Part shown: positions 1 to 10,004 of the stretch, piece by piece
How positions within the stretch are numbered: the first letter of the stretch is position 1
Layout: each line of letters starts with the position of its first letter
NCBI GenBank assembly: GCA_965219575.1
Contig: OZ244779.1
Span: forward strand, 556,769-620,768
From: Candidatus Oxydemutatoraceae bacterium
GTDB lineage: Bacteria; Pseudomonadota; Gammaproteobacteria; Poriferisulfidales; Oxydemutatoraceae
Direction: 5' to 3'
Length of the DNA: 64,000 nucleotides
The notes under the pieces: generated by a model
What the model was told of the DNA's origin: nothing
Database searches by the model: none
Seen by the model: the letters and a program-made list of their open reading frames with translations, nothing else
Made by a program: the position numbers and the translations under genes

Positions 1-1
1 C

Positions 2-388
2 TGCGGGACACAAGCAAAAAATCTATGCTTACTCGGACCATACCAAGTTCCAAATGTACCAGGTGCAGGAACATCACTTGCAACTGCATACATGGGTGGT
101 GTCATTTGGGCAGTTTCATACTTCATAAGAAACTACCCCGAGTATGAGTGGCAAGAACCCATGACGGATCTACAGGCTGCAGTCACTGCTGTGGCAATAG
201 TTAAAAGCTGTGCAGTGGACATGGGACCCGCCGGTCCTGACTTTGAGCATGGTTTAGGAAGACTATCTGTTGAGTGCTTAAATAAATATAACGAAGAAGG
301 AGAACATATAGGTTTCATCGAAAATCCATTAAGTGTGATAAAGGATGAACTATATCTTGTTCCAAATGCAGACTATGTCAGACCTTGA
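2..388 (+). CDS. S8 (subtilisin-like) serine peptidase, C-terminal part; 5' end lies outside the window
   Basis: The frame is open from base 2. It reads GAGTSLATAYMGG (subtilase catalytic-Ser motif GTSxA) and AVDMGPAGPDFEHGLGRL (typical subtilase C-terminal D-G--G-D---G-G motif). Confidence 0.75.
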   Translation, partial: CGTQAKNLCLLGPYQVPNVPGAGTSLATAYMGGVIWAVSYFIRNYPEYEWQEPMTDLQAAVTAVAIVKSCAVDMGPAGPDFEHGLGRLSVECLNKYNEEGEHIGFIENPLSVIKDELYLVPNADYVRP

Positions 389-456
389 TTAGGATGCACT
401 TTAATACAAGTACGGGTAAGAGTATTGTTTGAGGGACTAACCAACTAAACCAGCCT

Positions 457-600
457 ATTCCCCTCCTTCGGAGGGGGCAGGCGTAGCCTGACGGGGTGGT
501 CGTCAAGGCTTTGCACTAGCTAATTCCCCTCCTTCGGAGGGGTGGTTAACAAACCCACCACACCAACATAATTTATACATTCATCCATTGAATTCATAGT
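457..600. repeat. Modular repeat locus 1: about 1.5 copies of palindrome A plus a partial internal module
   Basis: attcccctccttcggagggggcaggcgtagcctgacggggtggt, then a second cccctccttcggagggg hairpin, then atttatacattcatcca. Confidence 0.85.
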
Positions 601-655
601 AGAATTTGATGTTTATAAAACCACAACAGCCCCAAACGACACCAATAAATTAAAC

Positions 656-1654
656 ATGAATCCTCCACTCGACAAAATAAAAAAAATCCTAATCGTGCGA
701 ACCGAAATTAGGATAGGCGATGCCATTTTAACCCTACCTCTAGCAGGGATATTAAAAGCCAATCTGCCGAATGTCAAAATCGCATTTCTAGGGTCTACCG
801 AATACGCCAAAGCCATTATCGAAAAAAGCACCTTTATAGACGAGTTTTATAACTGGAACAAATTTAAGGACTTGAGCAAAGCCGATGCGGACGCGATATT
901 ACTGCTCTCCCCGAGATTGGAGATAGCAAAAGCTGCGTGGAAAGCAAAAATCCCCGTTCGCGTCGGTGCTGCAAGGAAATGGTTTCATTGGTTATATGCA
1001 AATCGCAGAACCTTCCTAAAAAAACGTGCCGTCAACCTACACGAAACGCAATTGGTTACCTCTTTTTTGCCGGCATTAGGAATCGAAGAACCCACCGACA
1101 TAGATGGACTATATCGCTATTACGGATGGCACAAAGAACAAAACCGCCCCGTCCCCGATGTTATCTCCGACACCAAACACAACATCATCTTGCATCCCAA
1201 ATCAAAAGGCTCGGCACCGGAATGGCCTCTGGAACACTACCATCGGCTCGCCGATATACTGAATCCACAACACTTCAATGTGATATTAAGCGGCACGCAA
1301 GTCGAAAAAGAATATATGCAGAAAACCTGCCCCCAGCTGTTTGAACTCCCCCATGTCACCGACTTTACCGGGCAACACAATTTAGCCGACTACATCAACA
1401 TCGTCGAACAATCGGACTGCCTCGTGGCAAACAGTACCGGCCCGCTACACCTCGCCGCCGCCGCCGGCATCAACACCATAGGCCTATACGCACCCGTCCG
1501 CCCTCAACACCCCGGGCGCTGGAAACCCATAGGCAAACGCGTAACAGTACTTTGCAAAGGACAACCCACCGACGACAAAAACGACCTGAACAAAATTGCC
1601 GAGATCACACCGGCGGATGTGAAGGCAGCGATTATAGAGAGGTTGGGGGAGTAA
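656..1654 (+). CDS. Glycosyltransferase family 9 (LPS heptosyltransferase-like)
   Basis: ILIVR..RIGDAILTLP N-terminus, W--EHY motif and NSTGPLHLAAA motif. Confidence 0.9.
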   Translation: MNPPLDKIKKILIVRTEIRIGDAILTLPLAGILKANLPNVKIAFLGSTEYAKAIIEKSTFIDEFYNWNKFKDLSKADADAILLLSPRLEIAKAAWKAKIPVRVGAARKWFHWLYANRRTFLKKRAVNLHETQLVTSFLPALGIEEPTDIDGLYRYYGWHKEQNRPVPDVISDTKHNIILHPKSKGSAPEWPLEHYHRLADILNPQHFNVILSGTQVEKEYMQKTCPQLFELPHVTDFTGQHNLADYINIVEQSDCLVANSTGPLHLAAAAGINTIGLYAPVRPQHPGRWKPIGKRVTVLCKGQPTDDKNDLNKIAEITPADVKAAIIERLGE

Positions 1655-1738
1655 TCCTTAAAGCGAAAACATTGTAATATCTGCTGAGCCAGCCAAGTAT
1701 AATGGCAAACAATTATCTGATGCTTAACAATCTTAAAC

Positions 1739-2446
1739 TTAATCTTTTTCTTTTGCCTTTCTTATTTTTTCTAGTTCAAGTTCTGCTTCTATTTTTCTTG
1801 CTTCAGCTTTGCTTGCTTCAGCCTTAAAGATTTCCCCAACAGTTTTCCGGAGTTCATTTAGCTGATATTCAAATTCACTTATACACGGTTTTTGATTATA
1901 TATTGTGTCTCTAGACTTTGATACTTGTTCTGCTGCGGCGATATCAAAAGACTGATATGACTGCATCTCAATTTTAAGCAAAGGTTTGAGTAATAATTCA
2001 TTAACTGTATCATCACACTCTTTATCTCCAGGCTTTGTATTTACCCAGTCATTCATCGCTCCTTGACATAGTGCGAAAACACCATCCCTATAAAACTTCA
2101 CGGCAGGATGAACGCTAAAAGGAATGCTTGTAGCAAATTTAAGGCTGTCCTCCATTTCCGTCGTTTGCTCTCTCGCAGTTAAATTATATTTACGCAATGT
2201 TTCAAGTGCCGACGCTCCTTCTGGAAAAGGTTCTGCGCAAATAGAAGGTAGTTCTTTACCTACCTTAATTGTCGTTAAAATCAACCGGCGATCAGCTTGA
2301 GTTGCTGTACCTCTATATATTCCCTCTTTTGGAGACATATCAACAGGTATTATTGGCTGATATTGATTATCGCTGGCACATCCTCCGATTAATATGATTA
2401 TTAATACAGAAAAAAATAGTTGTGTTATTAATCTAGCTTTATTCAT
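1739..2446 (-). CDS. Hypothetical lipoprotein
   Basis: 235-aa ORF with a hydrophobic signal ending in lipobox-like IGGC and a charged C-terminal coiled coil. Confidence 0.65.
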   Translation of the reverse strand: MNKARLITQLFFSVLIIILIGGCASDNQYQPIIPVDMSPKEGIYRGTATQADRRLILTTIKVGKELPSICAEPFPEGASALETLRKYNLTAREQTTEMEDSLKFATSIPFSVHPAVKFYRDGVFALCQGAMNDWVNTKPGDKECDDTVNELLLKPLLKIEMQSYQSFDIAAAEQVSKSRDTIYNQKPCISEFEYQLNELRKTVGEIFKAEASKAEARKIEAELELEKIRKAKEKD

Positions 2447-2592
2447 TTTTCCTCCTCGTTATGTATTATTTGTTCAAACCACCAAAAATCGATAGATTTT
2501 TACACTATTAAGCATACGCTATAAGCGTTTTGTAACAATACCCAAAAACCAATTTTTGCCAATGGTAACGACAAGCGGTAAAATGGTCAAGC

Positions 2593-3456
2593 ATGAATCC
2601 CACTCTCAGTAAATATACTTTCGGTCGCCACGGTTCTTTCCAGCTACGCTACGGCTGGCTCACCAAAGGATTCAGGGCGTTTAGGCAAAATCCTGATATT
2701 TTTTCTTTGAATGATGCAACCGTTACTTTAGGTGTCGGGAAAAATATGGTCGACTCCATTTCTTATTGGTTAAAAGCAACAGATATTATCAATCATAAAA
2801 ACATTACTGATTTCGGTGAAAAATTACTCGGAGAGTTTGACCCCTACTTAGAGGATGATGCAACACTATGGCTATTACATCTAAAACTTTCACAAAATAA
2901 GGAACTATCGACTTCTATTTATTGGCTGTTTAATCATTTTCATAAGACAAATTTCACAACCAACGAAGCGTTTATTGCGTTACAAGAATTCATAGCAACG
3001 AACCCGAATATACAAGCGTCGGAGAATACCGTGAAAATGGATATTAGCGTTATTTTAAGAATGTACGCACCGCATAAATCAAATCAAACTAGAATAGACG
3101 ACATGTTGGAGTCACCGTTATCCTTGCTTAAGCTAATAGAGTACCATGACGGTAGGTATCATTTTCTGCAGCCTAAAAAAAAGCAAATCCCTATAGAAGT
3201 GATCGCCTACGCCATCAGAGAATATTTCCCGGGTAAAAACATCATCCCGGTTAAGGAATTAATGTACGGAAACCAATTAGCACTAAACAAAGTACTGAAA
3301 ATATCGGAGGATGACTTGATTAGTTTCTTAGAGGATTTGATATGCAAATATCCCAAAGACTACCAACTAAGAGAAGATGCCGGCATCTTTCAACTACACA
3401 TTTCAAGTAAGAAAAAAGCATTAGCTTATCTAAAAAAATACTATGGACAAACTTGA
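2593..3456 (+). CDS. sspB: DUF4007 protein, SspB-like
   Basis: FGRHGSFQLRYGWLTKG, LGVGKNMVDSI and DPYLED motifs of DUF4007; first gene of the operon with an ATPase and a PAPS reductase. Confidence 0.85.
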   Translation: MNPTLSKYTFGRHGSFQLRYGWLTKGFRAFRQNPDIFSLNDATVTLGVGKNMVDSISYWLKATDIINHKNITDFGEKLLGEFDPYLEDDATLWLLHLKLSQNKELSTSIYWLFNHFHKTNFTTNEAFIALQEFIATNPNIQASENTVKMDISVILRMYAPHKSNQTRIDDMLESPLSLLKLIEYHDGRYHFLQPKKKQIPIEVIAYAIREYFPGKNIIPVKELMYGNQLALNKVLKISEDDLISFLEDLICKYPKDYQLREDAGIFQLHISSKKKALAYLKKYYGQT

Positions 3457-6400
3457 TCAATTTATAAGTATCAAATCGGAATTATCCCGCTCGGTTAATA
3501 TAGAAAGGGATTGTTTGAATGAAGAGACACTCAACCATTATATTCTGACCAATAATGCTACACAGGCGATCCGTAATGTGATGAATGTTTGCCGGAATGG
3601 TGCCAATAGCGACAAAGCCTTTTCAATTATCGGACCATACGGATCAGGGAAATCATCGTTTGCCGTCTATTTATCTCACTTACTCAATAACGATCAAAAA
3701 GCAATTCAAAAAGTACCGTCAACACTAAAAAAATCAGTTGAAACACACCTTAATAATTCACAAGGTTATTGCAATATATTGCTATCCGGCACACCGGCTC
3801 CGCTTAATAGATCCTTTTTAGAGGCACTGAAGATCAGTATTACACCTTACTATGAAAGCCTAAAACTTAAACATCAAAATCACCATAGAACTATCAACCG
3901 GCTATTAAAATCCGATGAAATAAGCACTAAGGTAATTTTGAATCTAATAAAAAAAATACGCATGGAACTTGCACAAGCGGGCAGCAAAGGCTTGTTGATT
4001 ATCATTGACGAATTCGGGAAATTTTTAGAATATACAGCTCGGCACGAAAACGATGACATTTTTTTGCTACAAGTGCTAGCGGAGGAAACACATCAAACCG
4101 GTGATGCAAACATCCTATTATTTGTTTTGCTACACCAATCTTTTGAACAGTATGGGAAAAACCTCAGTAGCAAATTAAAAAACGAATGGATAAAAATACA
4201 AGGCCGTTATCAAACCTTATCGTTTGTTGACACAACAGCAGAATCTCTACCGATTATCGCCCAAGTTTTTAATCAAAAGCTCTCGTCTAAAACCCAAAAA
4301 AAGATTACCAGCGATATTCAAGCTATCACTAAAAAACTAAAAAAATATGAGATTCTCCCTCCCTCTCTCACTGAAAAAACGGCAAATGGGCTATTTGTCA
4401 AATGCTATCCTTTGCATCCGCTAACATTGTTATTACTTCCTATATTGTGTCAGAAGATTTCCCAAAACGAACGCACATTGTTTAACTATCTAGGAAGTGA
4501 TGAACCATTTTCACTAACACAAACCATGCGCAATCTAGCACCGGGAGATTTTATTTACCCTCATCATATTTACGATTACTTTATCAATAGTGAAACACTA
4601 TCTAATACCTTTCACACGAGTAGAACATTATCCGAAGTGTGGATCGCATTAGAGAGGATAGCAAACGCCTCTGCAAAGGAAATCCAACTACTAAAAACAA
4701 TCGCCTTGTTTAATATCGCCAATAGTCACATCATCGCTTCAAAAACCATATTGGAACTGTGCGATAAAAATTACACCAAAAACACTAAACTCTTATTAGA
4801 TAAATCAATCATTACTTATCGTAAATTTAACGGTGAATATAGAGTCTGGCAAGGCAGCGACTTTGACTTGAACCAAGCTATAGAGGAACAACTAACCCAA
4901 TTAACAACCTTCAATATTGCAGAACATCTAAACAAAAACCAAGTGTTCTTACCTTTTGTTGCCAAACGCTATTCCATAGAAAAGCATAGTCTGTTTTATT
5001 TTGAACCTGTTTTTATCTACGCCGATCAATATGCCAACATAAATCCCCAAAACAACAAACCAAGAATAATCTTTTGCTTTAACTTTAATAACGAAGACAA
5101 GAATATATTTCAAAATAAAATTATCAAGCATTTCGGTGAACAAGATATTTGCGTCCTGATTGATAATAGCAAAAACATACGAACCGCTGCCCAATACCGT
5201 ATTGCTTTAGAAAATATAGAAAGGCAGAACGATATCATTCAAAACGACCCTATTATTCATCGTGAATTTATTCAGTACTTTATTGATGCAAAACAAAAAG
5301 AACATACCCAATTTAATAAGATATTAGAAAACCCTGAGAAGTGTCTATGGTATAACAAAGCAAAAAAAATGAAGTGCAACAATAAAAGAGCGGTACAAAC
5401 ATTATTATCGGAAACTTTAGAAAGCGTCTACCCCGATGCACCTACTATAAAAAATGAATTAATCAATCGCGACAATCCATCGGCGCAGGCAAATGCAGGG
5501 CGCAGAAAATTACTACTGCATCTGTTAAATCATCACGACAAAGAAGACTTAGCCATTGAGAAATATCCGGCAGAGAAAGGCATGTATGTTGCAATCATTA
5601 AAGAAAACGAGATACACAAAAAGATAAATGGCAAATGGCAAATCCGTCGTCCGGCAAATGGAAAATGTAGAGGGGTCTGGAACGAAATAGATAGATTCTT
5701 CGAACAAACAAAGGAACAACCAAAGTGTTTATTAGAATTAGATGAAATCTTGACCGCACCGCCATTCGGTATAAAAAAACCAGTCTTGCCTATTTTTTAT
5801 ATAGCAAATTATCTGTATAACAAAAATGAAATAGCAATTTATGAAGATAGAATTTATGTTCCCTTTTTTACCGAGCAACATTTAGAGAGATTACTGAAGC
5901 GCCCGGATACTTTTACTTTTCAGCAGTTTAAGATTAAAGGACTAAATCAAGAATTGATGCAAGAGTACGAAACACATTTACTAAATGGTTCCGCCCCTAA
6001 CGCACAAGCTATATTTCGAGCCATTGCTCTATTTATCCAAGAACTTCCGCCATATACACGACAAACACAAGAAATATCAGATATAGCAAAAAAAATTATA
6101 GTTGCATTTAAGAATAATAAAAGCCCACAAGACCTGCTGTTCAAGAAGTTGCCGTCAGCTTGTGGCTTCACCGGCAAAAAAACACAAGGCTTTGGAGCTA
6201 AATTAAGAATAGCATTGCAGGAGATAAAAGATGCCTATCCTAAAATGCTTGACAAGCAAATTAATTTAATGGCGCAAAAACTAATGATAAATACACAAGA
6301 CAAAGAACAAATTAAAAACGAACTTGTTAAGCATGGCAACACACTAAAAAACTATGATTTAGATAAAGAAACAAAAAGATTTATCCGAGAAATTGCAACT

Positions 6401-6733
6401 GATCATAGCGATACTAATAATTATTTTGAGAGAATCTTAACCCATATCGCTTATACGCAACCGACGAAGTGGAATGATGACACTATTGCCACCGTCCAAC
6501 AAAAGATACTGGAGCATAGTAAATTATTACTAAACTTATATAGGATAGAGCAATACCACCGTAAGGGTAAACTTAACCACGATGAGGAGAAAATTAAAAA
6601 CCTAATGAAAGAGAATCTAAATAATGTGTCAGCCGAGCAACAATATCGTATTGTCGTTGATTTACTGCAGGATTTAGCCAACAATACAACTCTGAATAAG
6701 AACCAAACTAATCACCAAAAGAAAAAAAACTAG
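3443..6733 (+). CDS. sspC: Large P-loop ATPase, SspC-like
   Basis: RSVNIERD N-terminus, Walker A GPYGSGKS, Walker B LIIIDEFGKFLE, YPLHP and QNERTLF; overlaps the DUF4007 gene. Confidence 0.85.
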   Translation: MDKLDQFISIKSELSRSVNIERDCLNEETLNHYILTNNATQAIRNVMNVCRNGANSDKAFSIIGPYGSGKSSFAVYLSHLLNNDQKAIQKVPSTLKKSVETHLNNSQGYCNILLSGTPAPLNRSFLEALKISITPYYESLKLKHQNHHRTINRLLKSDEISTKVILNLIKKIRMELAQAGSKGLLIIIDEFGKFLEYTARHENDDIFLLQVLAEETHQTGDANILLFVLLHQSFEQYGKNLSSKLKNEWIKIQGRYQTLSFVDTTAESLPIIAQVFNQKLSSKTQKKITSDIQAITKKLKKYEILPPSLTEKTANGLFVKCYPLHPLTLLLLPILCQKISQNERTLFNYLGSDEPFSLTQTMRNLAPGDFIYPHHIYDYFINSETLSNTFHTSRTLSEVWIALERIANASAKEIQLLKTIALFNIANSHIIASKTILELCDKNYTKNTKLLLDKSIITYRKFNGEYRVWQGSDFDLNQAIEEQLTQLTTFNIAEHLNKNQVFLPFVAKRYSIEKHSLFYFEPVFIYADQYANINPQNNKPRIIFCFNFNNEDKNIFQNKIIKHFGEQDICVLIDNSKNIRTAAQYRIALENIERQNDIIQNDPIIHREFIQYFIDAKQKEHTQFNKILENPEKCLWYNKAKKMKCNNKRAVQTLLSETLESVYPDAPTIKNELINRDNPSAQANAGRRKLLLHLLNHHDKEDLAIEKYPAEKGMYVAIIKENEIHKKINGKWQIRRPANGKCRGVWNEIDRFFEQTKEQPKCLLELDEILTAPPFGIKKPVLPIFYIANYLYNKNEIAIYEDRIYVPFFTEQHLERLLKRPDTFTFQQFKIKGLNQELMQEYETHLLNGSAPNAQAIFRAIALFIQELPPYTRQTQEISDIAKKIIVAFKNNKSPQDLLFKKLPSACGFTGKKTQGFGAKLRIALQEIKDAYPKMLDKQINLMAQKLMINTQDKEQIKNELVKHGNTLKNYDLDKETKRFIREIATDHSDTNNYFERILTHIAYTQPTKWNDDTIATVQQKILEHSKLLLNLYRIEQYHRKGKLNHDEEKIKNLMKENLNNVSAEQQYRIVVDLLQDLANNTTLNKNQTNHQKKKN

Positions 6734-6777
6734 ATATGTGTTACAATCTTTTGAAAAATTAGCACTGGTAAAATGTT

Positions 6778-7584
6778 ATGACTGAACAAACTAGACACCT
6801 GCTAGGACTCTCGGGAGGAAAAGACAGTGCAGCACTAGCGATTTATCTCAAACAACAAGATAAGGTGCCGGATATAGAATATTTCTTTTGCGACACCGGT
6901 ATGGAACTGCCTGAGGTCTATACCTTTTTGGATAAATTAGAAACCTATCTCGGCAAACCAATTAAAAGATTAGGCGGCGATAGAGATTTCCTACACCTTC
7001 TCAAAATGCACGATAATATGCTCCCTCAAGCAACAAGAAGATGGTGCACCAAAGATATGAAAATCAAACCATTAGAAGAATTTATCGGTAATGATGAAGC
7101 AATCACTTATGTCGGTATTCGGGCAGATGAATTTAGAGACGGCTATTTAAGCCTTAAAAGCAACATAAAGGCAGCGTATCCGTTTATTGAAGATGGCTTG
7201 GTCAGAAAAGATATTTTTAATATACTGGAGGAAACGGTTGGTATCCCCGAATATTACGAGTGGCGTTCCCGTTCCGGCTGCTTTTTTTGCTTTTTCCAAC
7301 GCTACGAGGAATGGCTGGGACTCCACGAAAGACATCCGGATTTATTCCAAAGAGCCGTAGAAATGGAAAAAGATGTGAACAAAAGATTTGACGGACTCAA
7401 AAATAGATATACATGGATTAGAGGAATTAGCTTGGAAGAATTACTGGAACGGAAGGACGAGATTTTAGCCAATAGCGCAAAACGAAAAGCATGTAGTAAA
7501 AAAGACACTCGTTCATGGCAAGAGATTTTAATAGAAGACGGACAAGACGATGAAAATCAATCTTGTACGATATGTAGTTTATAG
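6778..7584 (+). CDS. sspD: PAPS reductase family protein, SspD-like
   Basis: PP-loop SGGKDS, RRWCT..K, SRSGCFFC and terminal CxxC. Confidence 0.85.
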   Translation: MTEQTRHLLGLSGGKDSAALAIYLKQQDKVPDIEYFFCDTGMELPEVYTFLDKLETYLGKPIKRLGGDRDFLHLLKMHDNMLPQATRRWCTKDMKIKPLEEFIGNDEAITYVGIRADEFRDGYLSLKSNIKAAYPFIEDGLVRKDIFNILEETVGIPEYYEWRSRSGCFFCFFQRYEEWLGLHERHPDLFQRAVEMEKDVNKRFDGLKNRYTWIRGISLEELLERKDEILANSAKRKACSKKDTRSWQEILIEDGQDDENQSCTICSL

Positions 7585-7599
7585 AAAGTAGGATGGATT

Positions 7600-9657
7600 A
7601 TGAGTGAGAGAAAATATAAATATGATGAGCGTACATTAAAAGATTTCCTTAAAGATTCTAGAAAATTTTCATTGGTACTCCCACACTTTCAAAGAGACTT
7701 CGTATGGGATAAAGAAAAGCAAAAATCCCTTCTACAATCAATGCTTGCCGGAATACCAATTGGTAGCATCTTATTACTAGAGGACACAAAAAAATCTTAT
7801 GCTAGCCGACCACTTTGCTTTAGAGAATTTGAACCAAAAATAGAGGGAGATAAATGCACATTTCTACTAGATGGACAGCAAAGAATATCAACTCTAAAAT
7901 CCATGTTTTGTGACTTGTTTTCTGAAACAGAGATTGAAAAACTACAAAAAGATAGCTGGCAAGATTTATGGGAGGATTTACCCTCAAAACTACGTTATAG
8001 ATGGTGCTTGAAAATTGACCTAGATAGTGAAGACGAAAATGATATTTGGGGTATTAAAAACCTAGATTTTAAGGAAACTCATGAGAATGACAAATCATTT
8101 AGCCCGACAGATTTTCAAGAATACATAGTGTGTGAGAGAGTACATAAAACAAAAAAGACACCATACCATCCTAATAGTTCAAAAGAAGATTTAGTAAAAT
8201 GGGCGATCTCTGAGAAGTTAGTACCATTATATCTTTTAGGTACAAACCCATATCTGTTGAAAAAAATACTAACACATATTGCAGATCATAAATATTTTGT
8301 GGAACAAGAAAATGAAGAAAACGAAGAAAACAAAGAGAAAATAGAGATGTGGGTATCAAAAGTTACGACTTTTTTGGAGGATATGACATTAAAAACTGGA
8401 ATTTCCAGCATCATATTAGAAGGGCAAACTGGAATGGAAGTTGGTATATATATCTTTGAACAAGTCAATAGAGGCGGGGTTCAATTAGATATTTACGATT
8501 TACTAGTAGCCAGAATGGCACTTTGTCATAAAGACACTAATAAAAATGTAAATTTAACAAAAAAAATAGAGCAGCTATGCAAAGACACACAGAGCATAAA
8601 TGAGAAAATATATCATGGCGAGAAAGATGGCTTTGATCCTAGAAATATGGACATTTGGAATAAGGAAGATAATATTCCTCAAAAAATATTCAAAAAAGTA
8701 TTTAAAAATTGTCTAGCAATTTGCAACCTAAAAAATACGTATGGACTTCGCGATCATCTATCTGATAAATATATCAAAGAAAATCACTTGCTTAAGTTAA
8801 CTGATGAAGAGATATATGACAACTACGAAGAGACAGTACTAACCCTATTTTCAGTATTACAATTTTTACATTTTCGCTGCGGAGTAGTAAAATTAGAAGA
8901 TATACCTTATGAGCTACTAGTTGTTCCATTATTTGTGTTTTTTATTGAAAATGAGAATAAGCCTACCAAAGAAGATGTAGATAAAATAGAGTTTTGGTAT
9001 TGGGCATCAATATTTTGTGGACGTTATCGTGAAAAGCAATCAACTAGGGTGATTAAAGATAGTAACACAATCATTGAAAACAAAGACTTCCATGAAAAGT
9101 TTCATGATAGATTTGACACAATCTTTCAAGCCATAGGCTATTCCGATAAAGAATCTCTAATTAGAACAAGAGAATATAGCAGGCAACCACAATTGGATAA
9201 AGCTATTACTCAATATGTATTGTCACAAGAGCCTTGGGATTTAAGAACAAACAGAGACCGCTATCAATTATCAGCTTATTATTTTGCAAAAGAGGACATT
9301 AATCTTGAGAAAAATATACATCACATTATTCCACTTAATGAAATAGCAAAGCAAGAAGGTATGGAGACTAAAAAACTTAGAGAGAATAAAGAGCATCCTG
9401 TAAACAGTATGCTGAATAAAGTCATCATCAGCCAAAAAGCAAACTGGCAAATACTAAGAGTAAATGATTATAAAGATAATCAGAATCAATTAAATTGTGA
9501 TAAAAATATGATCCCTGTACCAACGGAAAGAAAGTTTATAAATCCAGATAAATCTTATAATCTAAATAGATTTTTAGAGGTCAGATTTGAAATGATAAAA
9601 CAAAAGGTCAAAGATGAGCTACAGATATTAACTACGAAACCCCCGACTAAGGAATAA
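7600..9657 (+). CDS. DUF262 (GmrSD/SspE-like) restriction effector with C-terminal HNH-like motif
   Basis: LPHFQRDFVW, LLDGQQR, FEQVN and C-terminal HHIIP...N...N; directly follows sspD. Confidence 0.8.
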   Translation: MSERKYKYDERTLKDFLKDSRKFSLVLPHFQRDFVWDKEKQKSLLQSMLAGIPIGSILLLEDTKKSYASRPLCFREFEPKIEGDKCTFLLDGQQRISTLKSMFCDLFSETEIEKLQKDSWQDLWEDLPSKLRYRWCLKIDLDSEDENDIWGIKNLDFKETHENDKSFSPTDFQEYIVCERVHKTKKTPYHPNSSKEDLVKWAISEKLVPLYLLGTNPYLLKKILTHIADHKYFVEQENEENEENKEKIEMWVSKVTTFLEDMTLKTGISSIILEGQTGMEVGIYIFEQVNRGGVQLDIYDLLVARMALCHKDTNKNVNLTKKIEQLCKDTQSINEKIYHGEKDGFDPRNMDIWNKEDNIPQKIFKKVFKNCLAICNLKNTYGLRDHLSDKYIKENHLLKLTDEEIYDNYEETVLTLFSVLQFLHFRCGVVKLEDIPYELLVVPLFVFFIENENKPTKEDVDKIEFWYWASIFCGRYREKQSTRVIKDSNTIIENKDFHEKFHDRFDTIFQAIGYSDKESLIRTREYSRQPQLDKAITQYVLSQEPWDLRTNRDRYQLSAYYFAKEDINLEKNIHHIIPLNEIAKQEGMETKKLRENKEHPVNSMLNKVIISQKANWQILRVNDYKDNQNQLNCDKNMIPVPTERKFINPDKSYNLNRFLEVRFEMIKQKVKDELQILTTKPPTKE

Positions 9658-9844
9658 CGCCATGGGATGATGGTTCGCTGTATTTTGCTGCCTTATCATT
9701 CTTTATTATCAAAATCCCATCACTACATGTTGATTGAACCAAGGGCGTAATTTTCTCTTTATTTGCGCAAGCAATAGCATGAAAACTAACTTTACAGGTG
9801 ATTCTAAAAATTGAGGGACGTCAAACCCTCCATTGGTATATAAA

Positions 9845-9964
9845 ATGGCAGCAGCGAATCAAATTAAATCTTTAATAGAGCTTCATCTACTGAATGAGGA
9901 CGAGCAGTTTTTGACTATCGCTTTGCAGGTTGAGGCTTCCGAAGCGGTGCAGATTTCTATATGA
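9845..9964 (+). pseudogene. 39-codon remnant resembling the N-terminus of IetA-type AAA ATPases
   Basis: MAAANQIKSLIELHLLNEDEQFLTIALQVEASEA resembles the MAxAxQIKxLI..H...D..F..ALQVAA.EA start that I recall for the AAA partners of S8 proteases; stops prematurely. Confidence 0.55.
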
Positions 9965-10004
9965 GTTATCATAGCCTGAAAGCAAATTTATAAGAGTTTC
10001 CATA

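Noticed and set aside
2593-7584. BREX type 4 (also has a PAPS reductase and an ATPase)
   Set aside because: No PglZ or BrxL is present; the gene order and DUF262 effector fit Ssp better.
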